A stretch of 64,000 nucleotides of DNA. It comes from Escherichia phage EcS1. Each line of letters opens with the position of its first letter. The stretch's first letter is position 1. A model generated the notes under the pieces. That model was not told the origin of the DNA, did no database searches, and was given only the letters and a program-made list of their open reading frames with translations. A program made the translations under genes and the position numbers. This document shows, in pieces, positions 27,913 to 37,363 of the stretch. The DNA lies in sequence record NC_055721.1; one strand, written 5' to 3'.

Positions 27913-28506
27913 TTAGTTTGTACTGTCATACATACCTACTTTATCACACCAATGTTTTCTGCACAATGAAACATACTTATCATTACCACCCATTACTACT
28001 TGGGCTCCATCAATAACAGCATTACCTTCTTCATCGAGACGAGCTACCATTGTTGCTTTACGTCCGCAATGACAGACACCTTTAAGTTCTACTAACTTAT
28101 CGGCTACGGCTAACAATGCTTTAGAACCTTCGAACAGATCGCCACGGAAGTCAGTTCTGAGCCCGTAAGCCATCACAGGGACATCATATAAATCAACAAT
28201 ACGACACAGTTGGAACACCTGTTCAGCCATTAAGAACTGTGCTTCATCAATCAGAACACAATGAATATCTCGTTGAGCTTGAGCCCATTTAAAGAATTCA
28301 AGGATGTCCATATCACGTGTGATAATGTTAGCTTCTTGACGAAGACCAATGCGAGAAACAACTTCAGAGGCCGAATCACGATCATCTAAAGCAGGTTTCA
28401 TTACTAGCGTACCCATACCACGTTCTTTGTAGTTATGAGCTACCGAAAGAAGCGCAGTACTTTTACCAGCGTTCATTGATGCAAAATTAAAATAAAGTTG
28501 AGCCAT
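27913..28506 (-). CDS. tk: thymidine kinase
   Basis: 197 aa; P-loop NAGKST, C-terminal Zn-binding cysteines; T4 tk position. Confidence 0.9.
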   Translation of the reverse strand: MAQLYFNFASMNAGKSTALLSVAHNYKERGMGTLVMKPALDDRDSASEVVSRIGLRQEANIITRDMDILEFFKWAQAQRDIHCVLIDEAQFLMAEQVFQLCRIVDLYDVPVMAYGLRTDFRGDLFEGSKALLAVADKLVELKGVCHCGRKATMVARLDEEGNAVIDGAQVVMGGNDKYVSLCRKHWCDKVGMYDSTN

Positions 28507-28718
28507 TATTTAGGTTCCTTTGATTCAATCCATTCAGGGGTAGTTTGAAAGAACCCTTCACCAGCATGGTTTTTGCAGGTCTTATTGGAACAATACAACC
28601 ACCAGTCCCATTCGCTATAAGGTAGTTGATTAAACATACCGTCATTACATAAAGTGAATACAATAGGCCAATGACAATCTTTACAACGACATTTATCTTT
28701 TGTATGAGCTTGTGGCAT
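28506..28718 (-). CDS. Cys-rich small protein
   Basis: 70 aa with CxCxxC and further cysteines; ATGA overlap with tk. Confidence 0.4.
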   Translation of the reverse strand: MPQAHTKDKCRCKDCHWPIVFTLCNDGMFNQLPYSEWDWWLYCSNKTCKNHAGEGFFQTTPEWIESKEPK

Positions 28719-28918
28719 TATAGTTTACCTACTTCACATCCAGCTGGAGGAGTCCAAAAATTCTCTTGGACAAAGTCAATTAAAGCCTGACGTTGAAAAT
28801 CAGCTTCAGTTTCGCGAGTTCGCCATTCCATATCTGAAATTTCTGAATCGCAATTAGCTTCTTCTGCTGCACGAGCTGCATCTTCGAAACGCTTTAATAC
28901 TGCAAAGAATTCTTTCAT
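28718..28918 (-). CDS. hypothetical protein
   Basis: 66-aa ORF. Confidence 0.35.
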   Translation of the reverse strand: MKEFFAVLKRFEDAARAAEEANCDSEISDMEWRTRETEADFQRQALIDFVQENFWTPPAGCEVGKL

Positions 28919-29093
28919 TCTGATATACTCTCAAGAAATTGGTTTAATGCGAATTGAGCATTATTTTTGTATTCAAGGGCTTTATCATACCCATCCATAT
29001 CACCTTGTGAAGACTCATAACAAAGGTCTCCTTCGGCTTCTACAACATCAGCGACTAAATCAAGAATAACTCGAACATGTTCTTTAGTAATCA

Positions 29094-29291
29094 TTATACA
29101 CCTATTACGTCAAGAAGCTCTTTATACACAGAAGCTAATTCATCAGCGGATTCTTTAACTAATTGACTAGGCCCTTCCATTGATTGATACTGATGGTCTT
29201 TAGCTGCATCAATTAGTCGATCAATAACTTCACAAATCATAGCATGTTCTTCATCAGATCGTGTGCTCATATCCATTGGACCCTTAAACAA
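29094..29291 (-). CDS. hypothetical protein
   Basis: 65-aa ORF. Confidence 0.3.
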   Translation of the reverse strand: MFKGPMDMSTRSDEEHAMICEVIDRLIDAAKDHQYQSMEGPSQLVKESADELASVYKELLDVIGV

Positions 29292-29447
29292 AATTCTTCA
29301 ATATGTTGTGTTCGTTTCTTTTTATCAATATAATTATATTCGATAAAAGTGCCAAGATATTCTTTTTCTTGAACTTTAGAAATAATAGGACAACGAGTTT
29401 TGCGGACTTCTTGCCATTGTCTAATTATTGTTGCTTTATTTTTTGGA

Positions 29448-29939
29448 TCAAATGGGTGTGGATAGTGTATTTTCATTAGGAGCCCAATCAACAATAACCA
29501 CGTCAATATTAGGTGTGAACATATTGATTAATGCTTCAACTTTAGTCCAATCACCACCTGCAATACCACATCCAATACGAGGCATATAGATTTGAGGAAT
29601 ACAAATCTGATTCTCGGCCCATTTGTTCAATTCTATCAAAGAATCTACTAATGCACCATAGCGTAAATCAGGCCCAGCATAATATTGAGTATAAAGATTA
29701 AAGCAAATATTTTCTTGCTTATTGAAGCGAGTGCTTAATACGGCTTTAGTAAAGGTACCAAGTTTTCGGATATCAGCAAAATCTGTATCTTTGTCAATAG
29801 CTTCAATAGGATAATAAGCTTTAGCTAATTGACCCGCTATGCCACCACCCATTGTATGGAAACAGTTACAGCCATGAGCGATATTTTTACCTGAAAGAAA
29901 CAAGGCGACGATGTCGCCTTTAATATATTTTGTAATCAT
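29448..29939 (-). CDS. macro-domain protein (ADP-ribose binding/processing)
   Basis: 163 aa; glycine-rich macro-type motifs HGCNCFHTMGGGIAGQL and RIGCGIAGGDW. Confidence 0.6.
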   Translation of the reverse strand: MITKYIKGDIVALFLSGKNIAHGCNCFHTMGGGIAGQLAKAYYPIEAIDKDTDFADIRKLGTFTKAVLSTRFNKQENICFNLYTQYYAGPDLRYGALVDSLIELNKWAENQICIPQIYMPRIGCGIAGGDWTKVEALINMFTPNIDVVIVDWAPNENTLSTPI

Positions 29940-30289
29940 CTTTTACTCAATCCACGGTTATAAGAATCAACTAATCTATCTACCATTGAAGCACACATAT
30001 CTTTATAATGTGCTTGTGCTGGTATACATTCTAGCGTCATCAATCGACCTTCATATCGACGAATTAGCGTATCGTTTTTAAAACGAGACTTACTATCCCT
30101 TTCGCCATCTTTATATGAAGACATCATTTGTAAAGAAAAACCATTGATGCAGTCGATATTAGTAGGAGAACAGTAATCCTTCGCTGTTCGCGTAACATAT
30201 TCTAATACCTCAGTCGGTTCAGTCGACTGTTCTGCATGGACTCCCAGACCCACGGTTAACCCAAGGATTAGAACTGTTTGTTTTAGCAT
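29936..30289 (-). CDS. secreted or periplasmic protein
   Basis: 117 aa; signal-peptide-like N-terminus MLKQTVLILGLTVGLGVHA. Confidence 0.4.
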   Translation of the reverse strand: MLKQTVLILGLTVGLGVHAEQSTEPTEVLEYVTRTAKDYCSPTNIDCINGFSLQMMSSYKDGERDSKSRFKNDTLIRRYEGRLMTLECIPAQAHYKDMCASMVDRLVDSYNRGLSKR

Positions 30290-30837
30290 TATTCCACCGT
30301 TTGATGTAACATCTTATTTGATTTAAGATAGTTCGCTTTAGATAGAACATCAGAAGCATATTTGTTTCCGGCCTTTACTGCCCAACCTGCATTATAACTA
30401 GACAGAGCCTTACGCATATCACCTTTATGAATTTCAAGCCAATAGCTTAATTCAATATATGCCCATGCTGCAGAATTTTCTCTACTCTTGACCATTCGAA
30501 TAATTTCACGGTCAGACATGTTGTAGCCTAATTGCTTAGTACGACTACGTAACGTTGGAAGATAATTCTGAAACATTCCATACGCATGATGTTCTTTCGA
30601 CTTTTTTGTAAGAACTCCAGCAGAAGATTCTTGCCAAGCCAAACCGGCCATAATATACCCAAGGCCATTATTATTGTATCGAGCGTTGTGCTCTTTGAAC
30701 TTACCCGACTTCTGATATTGTTCACCAAAAGCATACGCGAATTGTAAATTATCGAGTTGTTCATTACTGAAGTTAGGCGTAGACCCATGGGCCATAGAAC
30801 TAATAGCCAATAGAACTACTGCTATTGCTTTTTTCAT
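30289..30837 (-). CDS. lytic transglycosylase (SLT domain) with signal peptide
   Basis: start set to internal ATG at 30835-30837 (MKKAIAVVLLAISSMAHG); SLT motifs WQESS, YGMFQ, SYNAG. Confidence 0.7.
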   Translation of the reverse strand: MKKAIAVVLLAISSMAHGSTPNFSNEQLDNLQFAYAFGEQYQKSGKFKEHNARYNNNGLGYIMAGLAWQESSAGVLTKKSKEHHAYGMFQNYLPTLRSRTKQLGYNMSDREIIRMVKSRENSAAWAYIELSYWLEIHKGDMRKALSSYNAGWAVKAGNKYASDVLSKANYLKSNKMLHQTVE

Positions 30838-30847
30838 GATTTCTCTC

Positions 30848-31306
30848 TTATAGGTCAATAACTTTTGTGCTAATTTTTCCTTCAAGACGTTTGTTGTTGA
30901 TGAATGCCATACGACATGTGAGCCCATAAGAGCTAGCCGTTTGACCTTTGTCTACTGTCATACCAAGCCACAAGTTGCGGTCAGTAATTTCGAGACGGAG
31001 TGGACGATATTCTACACCAGGAAGAATATGATCTTCAATATCAGGCAATGGTTTCAGACGTAGATATTCTACGACATCAACCACTTTTCTGTGAAGTTTA
31101 TGGAACAAGTTGAACACATAAGTTTCGTCGATTTCACGTTGGATAGCACGGTCCAATAGATGAGGTGAATACTTAAGGTGAAAAACTTCTTTTATACCAT
31201 ATTCTTTACAGGCCTTTTTAAGTTCAGCATTGATTGAGTTAAACTCCGTTTCAAAGATACGACGGAGTTTGTTACGACGGATATAAACACTAGAATCAAT
31301 AGACAT
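30848..31306 (-). CDS. regB: endoribonuclease RegB
   Basis: 152 aa; blocks matching T4 RegB as recalled (FIRRNKLRR, HLKYS.HLLDRAIQREIDETYVF, GVEYRP.RLEITD.NLWLG). Confidence 0.85.
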   Translation of the reverse strand: MSIDSSVYIRRNKLRRIFETEFNSINAELKKACKEYGIKEVFHLKYSPHLLDRAIQREIDETYVFNLFHKLHRKVVDVVEYLRLKPLPDIEDHILPGVEYRPLRLEITDRNLWLGMTVDKGQTASSYGLTCRMAFINNKRLEGKISTKVIDL

Positions 31307-31361
31307 TTTCTTCTCCTTTGTTTGTGTAAGGTCATCTTAACACATCCTTAGGAGAAGTAAA

Positions 31362-31634
31362 CTAGTAAGATTCTACTGGTTGGAATACTGCACGACAGGC
31401 CCACATGCTTGCTTCTTTCAGACGTTCTTTAGCAGTAGAAACTTGGTGCACACGGTCCATAAGATCATCTAAGACCTTAACATCTTCATTATATGCTTTA
31501 GAGTATTGATCAGAGAGTTCAGTTTCAATTTCAGTAAACAATGCACCTAACTCAACTTCAAGAGATTTGATACGATTTACAGTTTCGATCTTTTTATTGG
31601 TATGAGGCTTATAGCCTTTGATGTCTTCAATCAT
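31362..31634 (-). CDS. hypothetical protein
   Basis: trimmed ORF. Confidence 0.35.
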   Translation of the reverse strand: MIEDIKGYKPHTNKKIETVNRIKSLEVELGALFTEIETELSDQYSKAYNEDVKVLDDLMDRVHQVSTAKERLKEASMWACRAVFQPVESY

Positions 31635-31878
31635 AATGAATTTCCTCATTAGTTTCTTTATCATATTCAACAAGTTCAATAGGTTCTAAGTGACCATAAC
31701 CTCTGGTACCGAGATAACTATTGCTATCTTCATATGTCATGGTTTTAGGATTCCAGCCTGAATCAGCCCAAGCTTCCATTAAACCTTGTTCACCTGAATT
31801 ACTGAACCAGCTACAGAATTCAGCTATTGCTTTTTCACTACCCTTTATAATAACTTGCGCCATGTAGGCTCCATACAA
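31627..31878 (-). CDS. hypothetical protein
   Basis: 83-aa ORF. Confidence 0.35.
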   Translation of the reverse strand: MYGAYMAQVIIKGSEKAIAEFCSWFSNSGEQGLMEAWADSGWNPKTMTYEDSNSYLGTRGYGHLEPIELVEYDKETNEEIHYD

Positions 31879-32183
31879 ATGATTCGTTGGTCATAAGTGA
31901 TAAGACTTGATGTTCTAAGTCCGTCGAGTTTGCCGCCTAAAAATACGACAGAAAAATGTGGATGCTTATTCATCAAACTCACATCAGGAGATGTACATAA
32001 AAATCGTTGACCTTTAAAAGGTCCTGACATGAATCGATACATTTTATAATCTAATACATCAATTGAATGAAGTATCTTAAAGAAGACTTTTTGATCGGTC
32101 TGCTTTGAAGCCGTCATAAAATCAATGTATTCGGAAATGGTCATGCCTAGAGCATTCATAGCTTTTAAAAACGAAGTTTTCAT
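31845..32183 (-). CDS. hypothetical protein
   Basis: 112-aa ORF. Confidence 0.4.
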   Translation of the reverse strand: MKTSFLKAMNALGMTISEYIDFMTASKQTDQKVFFKILHSIDVLDYKMYRFMSGPFKGQRFLCTSPDVSLMNKHPHFSVVFLGGKLDGLRTSSLITYDQRIICMEPTWRKLL

Positions 32184-32701
32184 TGTATTCCCATCACGAA
32201 GAAAAGAGGTAGAGGAACTTCACCTTGAGAAGTATAATTCACCCGCATAGATTCCCATGCTTCATAGAACTTATACATCTCAGGGATACGAATTGGTTCT
32301 TCAATTATAATCAATGTTCTCTGAAGCGAAAGGCCTCGATAACGATCTTTATTATCACTCAAGAAGTTTCTGATTGTATCATCAACTAATACACCTTTGA
32401 CTTTATCGATATTTTCTAAAGCCATCCATCGACGCATAATACGGTCTCTGGTTTTTCGAGCATAAGGAGATTTGTTGGCTAGAACAATTACTGATTTACC
32501 GTCAGCGAGCCATTCAGCAGCGAATCTAGAGACAGCTTCAGTTTTACCAGATTGACGACCACCGTCAATACGAAGTGTGCAATATTCTTGCAGCAATGAG
32601 ATAGGGTGTAACCCTTTATTATTCTTGTCTTCTAAACAATCATCAGCACGGTTATTAAAAGCATGCATCAAGGTTAGATAGATTGGAGTTAAGTATTTCA
32701 T
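32180..32701 (-). CDS. P-loop NTPase-like protein
   Basis: 173 aa; GGRQSGKT Walker-A-like and hydrophobic-EE Walker-B-like (TLIIIEEP). Confidence 0.45.
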   Translation of the reverse strand: MKYLTPIYLTLMHAFNNRADDCLEDKNNKGLHPISLLQEYCTLRIDGGRQSGKTEAVSRFAAEWLADGKSVIVLANKSPYARKTRDRIMRRWMALENIDKVKGVLVDDTIRNFLSDNKDRYRGLSLQRTLIIIEEPIRIPEMYKFYEAWESMRVNYTSQGEVPLPLFFVMGIQ

Positions 32702-32951
32702 GTTGCCTCAGTTAGGGTATGCTTAAGAGGGGACATCCATGTCAATAAATCCATCAGCCGAATGTAACCTTTAGAGACGCGGTCTCACCTTAATTAAGAT
32801 TAAGGTAGGAAGGCCCATTATTAAGAGGGTCGGGGTCCTTTTTTCTCGATTGTAACTGGCTTTACCGCACTTGGGCTAGACCTTTTCACAGGTACCAGAA
32901 GCCACTTCACTAGAGGAACGAATGTTCATAGGAGAGGTTCGAGTTAGCTTT

Positions 32952-33401
32952 TTACATATCTACCAATTTGCCGTTTTTAACTCGCATAACTTTAGCGGCT
33001 AATTTATTAGTTGGATTTTTCTGACGGACAATAGATGCTAAGCTATTAGCTGCTGTTTTAGCTGCGGCATAATCGTCATACCAATCACGACCAGTTTTAA
33101 TACGCTTAGTTCCTTTGTCTACTGTAACAATCCATTGAGATTGATCATTAGGGTCCATTTCTATGCGAATATCACCACCTGATACTAAACCAGATTGGAC
33201 CTTAGTAGGTTTGTTAGGGACAGTACCACCTAATGCTTTCGCCGCCTTTACAGCATCTTCATAACTCAGCCCAGCTTCAATAGTTTCAGCCTTGCGTCCT
33301 TTGCCACGATTAACATTAAAGGTTGTACCCCATCCAGGAACAATTTCAATATCCATTTCATGTTTTGCCGCTTCAGCTATAAATTCTTGATAAGTTTTCA
33401 T
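32952..33401 (-). CDS. internal (capsid-packaged) protein, IPII/IPIII-like
   Basis: 149 aa; N-terminus MKTYQEFIAEA is the T4 capsid targeting sequence with gp21 cleavage context; adjacent to denV as in T4. Confidence 0.6.
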   Translation of the reverse strand: MKTYQEFIAEAAKHEMDIEIVPGWGTTFNVNRGKGRKAETIEAGLSYEDAVKAAKALGGTVPNKPTKVQSGLVSGGDIRIEMDPNDQSQWIVTVDKGTKRIKTGRDWYDDYAAAKTAANSLASIVRQKNPTNKLAAKVMRVKNGKLVDM

Positions 33402-33415
33402 AATATCCTTTGTAG

Positions 33416-33829
33416 TTAGTTAATAGCCTTACCATAATGTTTATACCACAAAGGCTTTTGAGTAATCTTTTCGTCAAGACGTTCCTGAGATAAACGAAGA
33501 GCACGTTGATTAGGAATATAATCATTACACCACTCGACAGGAATATCTGTTATGGGCTTAACAGTAGTATCAGTAATTTTGAAACCACGTTTTAAGCATT
33601 CATTGATGAGCTTAAACTGACGATTATGTAAGAACTTTAACTTGTTATAGAAGAATGTAACATGACCAGTCCCAAGCAAAAAGGTATCAGAGATTTTGAA
33701 ATCAGAAACCTTTTTACCAGCAGCAATATGCTTACGAACAGCACCAAACACACGAGGGAGCTCGCGATACTCCGCCATTAGATGTTGATCAGTTAATTCA
33801 GAAACAGGTGTTAAGTTAATACGTGTCAT
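33416..33829 (-). CDS. denV: endonuclease V, pyrimidine-dimer DNA glycosylase
   Basis: start at MTRINLT; long blocks matching T4 DenV as recalled ([45 protein letters not shown]). Confidence 0.9.
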   Translation of the reverse strand: MTRINLTPVSELTDQHLMAEYRELPRVFGAVRKHIAAGKKVSDFKISDTFLLGTGHVTFFYNKLKFLHNRQFKLINECLKRGFKITDTTVKPITDIPVEWCNDYIPNQRALRLSQERLDEKITQKPLWYKHYGKAIN

Positions 33830-33884
33830 GATGTCCTCCATTAGTTTAGGAAGACATCATACCACAGTACTATCTTGTTGTAAA

Positions 33885-34172
33885 CTACTTCTTAGAGTAA
33901 TCACTCATTAGTTTAACTATGTCACCAAGTTTCTTGTTGAACAGATAATCTACTTCTTTACCTGCTTTGTTAACAATCTGCCATTGGCCATCGCCTTTGT
34001 TACCGAAAGTGTAGTCGCCAACTTTAAATGAGTAGCCGCCTACTTTTTTAACAGGAGTTACTTCAAAGCCAAGTTTTTTAGCTTGGAAAGTTACACGACG
34101 CAGAGTGTCGTCCATTTCGCTTTCAGTTAGTGGTTGGGTATAAGTTTCAAGGTAAGATTCTAGTAAAGTCAT
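33885..34172 (-). CDS. hypothetical protein
   Basis: trimmed ORF between e and denV. Confidence 0.4.
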   Translation of the reverse strand: MTLLESYLETYTQPLTESEMDDTLRRVTFQAKKLGFEVTPVKKVGGYSFKVGDYTFGNKGDGQWQIVNKAGKEVDYLFNKKLGDIVKLMSDYSKK

Positions 34173-34657
34173 TCGTATGCACCCCAAGTGCCAGTTTTAA
34201 AAGTAGAGATAACACGCTTAGCGCGATTAGGTGTCTGATTATACCATCGGGATTTAGATAAATTAACTGCTGCTTCATCCCAACGTTTTTCTTTAAGCAT
34301 ACGCATAGAATTCGTAAATCCTGCGACGCCTGCAACACCCATTTGGAAGACCATATTAATCAGTGCAGCACGACGAACACCATCCAGAACATCATATACA
34401 GGCTTCAGAACTGAGTTGCCTAAGATGCCTCGAGTTGCCTTTTCAACATCTTTATTAAAGATGCTTTCAGCTTCGGCTTGACTGAGCTGACCGTTACAGT
34501 CGCGTCCAACAAGTTTATTAAGTTCAGTTTTAGCAATATCAAGAGATGGTTCTTTGGTCAAAAGATGACCGATACCAATTGTGTAATACCCTTCGGTATC
34601 TTTATAAATTTTAGAATCGTATCCTTCATCGATACGAAGCATTCCGAAAATATCCAT
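34169..34657 (-). CDS. e: lysozyme (endolysin e)
   Basis: 162 aa; near-identity blocks to T4 lysozyme as recalled ([46 protein letters not shown]). Confidence 0.9.
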   Translation of the reverse strand: MDIFGMLRIDEGYDSKIYKDTEGYYTIGIGHLLTKEPSLDIAKTELNKLVGRDCNGQLSQAEAESIFNKDVEKATRGILGNSVLKPVYDVLDGVRRAALINMVFQMGVAGVAGFTNSMRMLKEKRWDEAAVNLSKSRWYNQTPNRAKRVISTFKTGTWGAYE

Positions 34658-34695
34658 AGAAACTCCTATACATTAATATAGGAGTATTTATTTAG

Positions 34696-35208
34696 TTACT
34701 TCCAGTTAGCTTCATGGATTTCCTTTCCGTAAAGCTTCTGCATTACATTGTAAAGAGATGGGCCCATTACGTAGTTCCACATACGAGGTTGGATAAAAGC
34801 AAATGCATCTAGTTCCGGGAAACTGACGCCGTCTTCACCAGTGTGTTGAGCTGTACAAACACAACCCTTGAAGTCCTCGACTTCGACAGCAAATGGATAG
34901 ACAAACAAATGAATATCTTTATTGGGCGCGTAGTCGTGTCGTCCTAGGTCCACTAGGGCTCCAGGATTGTACTTCTCGAAACTGGTTTCTTCTGTACATT
35001 CACGGACTGCAGCTTGAAGAACAGTTTCGCCTTCTTCAACATGTCCTTTAGGAATGTCCCAACGATGACCCTTGCCTGCTAGTCCCGAACCCGTAACGCG
35101 TCCCATGAATAAATGGTGTTCTTTTGTGAAGAACAAAATACCTGCTGATAATTCTTTTACTTTAGTCATTAAAGTCGTCCCCGAGCCATGATAGGCTATA
35201 GATTTCAC
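34696..35208 (-). CDS. nudE: Nudix hydrolase
   Basis: 170 aa; Nudix box GHVEEGETVLQAAVRECTEETS; T4 nudE position upstream of e. Confidence 0.75.
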   Translation of the reverse strand: MKSIAYHGSGTTLMTKVKELSAGILFFTKEHHLFMGRVTGSGLAGKGHRWDIPKGHVEEGETVLQAAVRECTEETSFEKYNPGALVDLGRHDYAPNKDIHLFVYPFAVEVEDFKGCVCTAQHTGEDGVSFPELDAFAFIQPRMWNYVMGPSLYNVMQKLYGKEIHEANWK

Positions 35209-35401
35209 GAATCGTTTCTTCTACATCAGATTCTTCATATTCTGAATTTTCACTAACCGCTATAGTCCAATCAGCTATTGGTGAAAAATAGTCTAAATTT
35301 TCAGATAATTTAGAATGGATGGAATCTAATGATTGTGAATCTTCAAAAGAATACAGGTAAGAATCACCAGATTCAGATTTAATATAAACTGCTACAGCCA
35401 T
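35162..35401 (-). CDS. hypothetical acidic protein
   Basis: 79-aa ORF. Confidence 0.35.
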   Translation of the reverse strand: MAVAVYIKSESGDSYLYSFEDSQSLDSIHSKLSENLDYFSPIADWTIAVSENSEYEESDVEETIREIYSLSWLGDDFND

Positions 35402-35706
35402 TAAAAGGCCTCCACAAAGTTATAGAGATTAAAATCTTTTGCATCATACTTACCATAATGAATGGCTTTCATAGTATCGTACATATCATAATACTTTTCA
35501 CGAGCCAGCGTACCAAAGAGATGAATCTTGAGAATGTCCCAATCTTTGCCTAATTCACCACTACTGAAAGAATAAACCTTTTCTACTATTTTAATAATAC
35601 GAAGAGCAACTTCTTGGTCAGTAGGTGAGACCCAACCCCAGTTATGATAAACTGTTCCAGTCACTACACCATCTTTAAAACTTGCTAATCCGGTTGGACA
35701 ACTCAT
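35401..35706 (-). CDS. hypothetical protein
   Basis: 101-aa ORF. Confidence 0.4.
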   Translation of the reverse strand: MSCPTGLASFKDGVVTGTVYHNWGWVSPTDQEVALRIIKIVEKVYSFSSGELGKDWDILKIHLFGTLAREKYYDMYDTMKAIHYGKYDAKDFNLYNFVEAF

Positions 35707-36056
35707 GAGCGAATACCTTTTATGAAATCAAGTGCTTCATCTTTTTTAGATGGTTTAGTTTCTTTAACTATTTTAGGTTTCACAACATCAAAAGTTCCTC
35801 TTTGGACTTGACCTACAAAGAACACCCAACGAGCTGTGATACTTGAAAATGTAATTATTGCTGCAGCTATAGCTAAAAATAACAGTGGACTTCCAAAGAT
35901 AGGACTAAAGAAGAATAAAGTATAATAAGTCCCGAAGCCAGCTATTGCGGTTGAACCAAAAAGAACCAGAATGAAGAAGAATACCCAGCCTTCTTCATTG
36001 TAAGAAGACTTTCGGTACCCACGATAAATGGTCTTAATCATTTTGAACCTCTGCAT
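35703..36056 (-). CDS. membrane protein
   Basis: 117 aa; two hydrophobic helices. Confidence 0.4.
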   Translation of the reverse strand: MQRFKMIKTIYRGYRKSSYNEEGWVFFFILVLFGSTAIAGFGTYYTLFFFSPIFGSPLLFLAIAAAIITFSSITARWVFFVGQVQRGTFDVVKPKIVKETKPSKKDEALDFIKGIRS

Positions 36057-36583
36057 CCTTGAATAAAGTCAGCAATTGATTTCTGTGCTTCATATTTCTT
36101 CTCTTTACGAATAGCAAAAGGAAGTTTAACTAATGACCAAATGAGTCCATCAATCCAAGTTGTTAGAACAGAAAATAAAATCAATGTAATGTTAAGAAGA
36201 ATCCCTACAAAGATTAATTCAATTGTAGAATGAGACTGAGTTATAAAAGTAAAATTAGCTAAAACAATCATTGCAATAGTGATAGGGCCTAAGACACGGT
36301 TGATTCCAGTATCCTTAGGTTTCTTAATTTGAGGCTGATAACCTCTTGCTACGTAAGCCATAGTATTTTCCTCATAATGAAGACCAAGTTCTTCGGCTAC
36401 TTCTATTTCGGCTGATTTACGAATTTGGCGATCATAGTCACCATATTTTTCTTCAAAATTACGTACTCTTCTACAGAGTTTACAATCACAGTCGTCACTA
36501 TACCCTTCGCTAGTAGGCCAAAGGTCATGATGTTGAACAACCATTTTTAATCTCCAAAATTGAGTGACCAGTATATCACTCAA
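36038..36583 (-). CDS. membrane protein
   Basis: 181 aa; Cys-containing N-terminal region plus C-terminal transmembrane helices. Confidence 0.45.
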   Translation of the reverse strand: MSDILVTQFWRLKMVVQHHDLWPTSEGYSDDCDCKLCRRVRNFEEKYGDYDRQIRKSAEIEVAEELGLHYEENTMAYVARGYQPQIKKPKDTGINRVLGPITIAMIVLANFTFITQSHSTIELIFVGILLNITLILFSVLTTWIDGLIWSLVKLPFAIRKEKKYEAQKSIADFIQGCRGSK

Positions 36584-36650
36584 TCTATTTGTTGTACACT
36601 ACTTTTTAACGTAGGTGATGAACTCAAGAGCATCAGAGATTTCAGCGCGT

Positions 36651-36989
36651 CTAGCTTCGGCTTTTTTTTTGTTTCTTAGCTTCTTTTGTTTCTTTGAATT
36701 GTTTACCGATCCATCCGTCTTGAGAATGAACTTGACAGCTGCTGTCCATTTTAACCCACCAACACCAACGGTAAATCCAATGAGCCCAAACATAGAATCC
36801 TGATACTATAAAGGACCAAACCAAGATACCTGAGTCTTCAACTTTAAAAATGGTTTCTAATCCAGTATAAACTGTGATTGCTGTCAACGTGCTGAAAATA
36901 ATTGAACATAAAAGGAACAAGAAGAATTTCTCAGTCTTCCAGATTTCACGAGAGTTACGATAATACATGTACAGAGTTTCAATAATCAT
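36651..36989 (-). CDS. membrane protein
   Basis: hydrophobic helices; basic tail. Confidence 0.4.
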   Translation of the reverse strand: MIIETLYMYYRNSREIWKTEKFFLFLLCSIIFSTLTAITVYTGLETIFKVEDSGILVWSFIVSGFYVWAHWIYRWCWWVKMDSSCQVHSQDGWIGKQFKETKEAKKQKKSRS

Positions 36990-37363
36990 TATTTCACCTT
37001 ACATTCTTTGATGAACATCTCTATTTTAAGACTAGTTTTATTAGCTTCGGCTGCAGCTTCTTCTATTTGATTTTGTAGTTTGAGCTTTTGATTCCGAAGA
37101 CGAGCTGGGATAAAATAAATCCATCCTAATGGTTTATACCCAAATAATGCTAAAAATTCTACAATTACAAGAGAATAACCACCAATTGCGAAAAACAGTT
37201 TACCAAACTCTTGTCCAGAAACACCTATAATTCCTAAAGTCATAATTAATATTAATAAAACAAGACACCAAACTAATAATCCAATAAGAGCAGAAGATAT
37301 TTTATCAGGTTTATCAAATGAAGTGCGTTCAAAAGAATTATAACGAAAATAATGAGCCATCAT
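36989..37363 (-). CDS. membrane protein
   Basis: 124 aa; two to three transmembrane helices. Confidence 0.4.
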   Translation of the reverse strand: MMAHYFRYNSFERTSFDKPDKISSALIGLLVWCLVLLILIMTLGIIGVSGQEFGKLFFAIGGYSLVIVEFLALFGYKPLGWIYFIPARLRNQKLKLQNQIEEAAAEANKTSLKIEMFIKECKVK

